From Octopus sinensis (lineage: Eukaryota), in NCBI RefSeq assembly GCF_006345805.1, contig NC_043005.1, positions 10,850,001-10,914,000 on the forward strand: a DNA stretch of 64,000 nt, in the 5' to 3' direction. Positions 63,481 to 64,000 of the stretch are shown here, piece by piece. Positions within the stretch are counted from its first letter, which is position 1, and each line of letters begins with the position of its first letter. The position numbers and the translations under genes were made by a program. A model generated the notes under the pieces. The model saw only the letters and a program-made list of their open reading frames with translations. It made no database searches and was not told the origin of the DNA.

Positions 63481-64000
63481 TAACGAATATGAAGACTGTG
63501 TTACAATATTGACTACCACCAGACCAAATCAGTAAAAAAAATACAGTGAAGACTTCTCTGAGTATGTGTGTACATGTGTATGCAAGAGAATGATTATAAC
63601 AATAACTTGGTTGCTAATGTAACACAGTGTGTGCTTGTGTTGGAAAATATAACCATATGAATTCTTAAAATTTTCTGAGAAATGGAGCTATCTCCAGTCT
63701 GTGATCAAACACACTGATGTTGAATAAACTGACAGTAAACCATTGAGTTTATATCATTAAATAATTGTTCTGTTGTTATGGGAGAGTTTATATCTATTCG
63801 TATTCTTTGATAAGATATTGAAAATAACGGCTATAAATGATATTACACTGTAACTGATTCTGATGGATATTTAATAAGCTCTATTAAAAATATCTATATG
63901 TTAGTATGTCAATTTTTTCAACTTTAAATTTTGTGTAAAACTGTATAATTGAGTATAAAGGAGACATTAGTTTATGCTTGAGTTTTAACAGTCATTCAGT

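Overview
Eukaryotic, AT-rich, microsatellite- and SINE-dense DNA. The SINE families and composition point to an octopus (coleoid cephalopod) genome; this is inferred, not database-confirmed. The window is an internal part of one large + strand gene, a LAR-family (type IIa) receptor protein tyrosine phosphatase (Lar; PTPRF/PTPRD/PTPRS family). Four GT-AG exons splice in frame (9916-10016, 16295-16496, 46318-46602, 55473-55781) and encode fibronectin type III repeats 2, 3 and 4. The introns hold four SINE families, CR1/RTE/Penelope retroelement remnants, a mariner relic, a Tigger-like end, two piggyBac-like MITEs and large (TA/TG)n fields. Two things are not explained by repeats. First, CpG-rich unique islands in the phase-1 linker introns carry well-formed 3-39 nt candidate microexons, including a 6-nt ES insert, a 39-nt insert and a stop-containing 21-nt exon, with branch points, YGCY/UGC clusters, local hairpins and a 15-kb long-range complementarity. 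Second, intronic sequences fold back onto coding exons like ADAR editing-complementary sequences, most clearly a ~30-bp duplex on the FN3 exon. Together these suggest a splicing plus A-to-I recoding code for the LAR ectodomain. All microexon and structure calls are read by eye from DNA and need RNA-seq confirmation.
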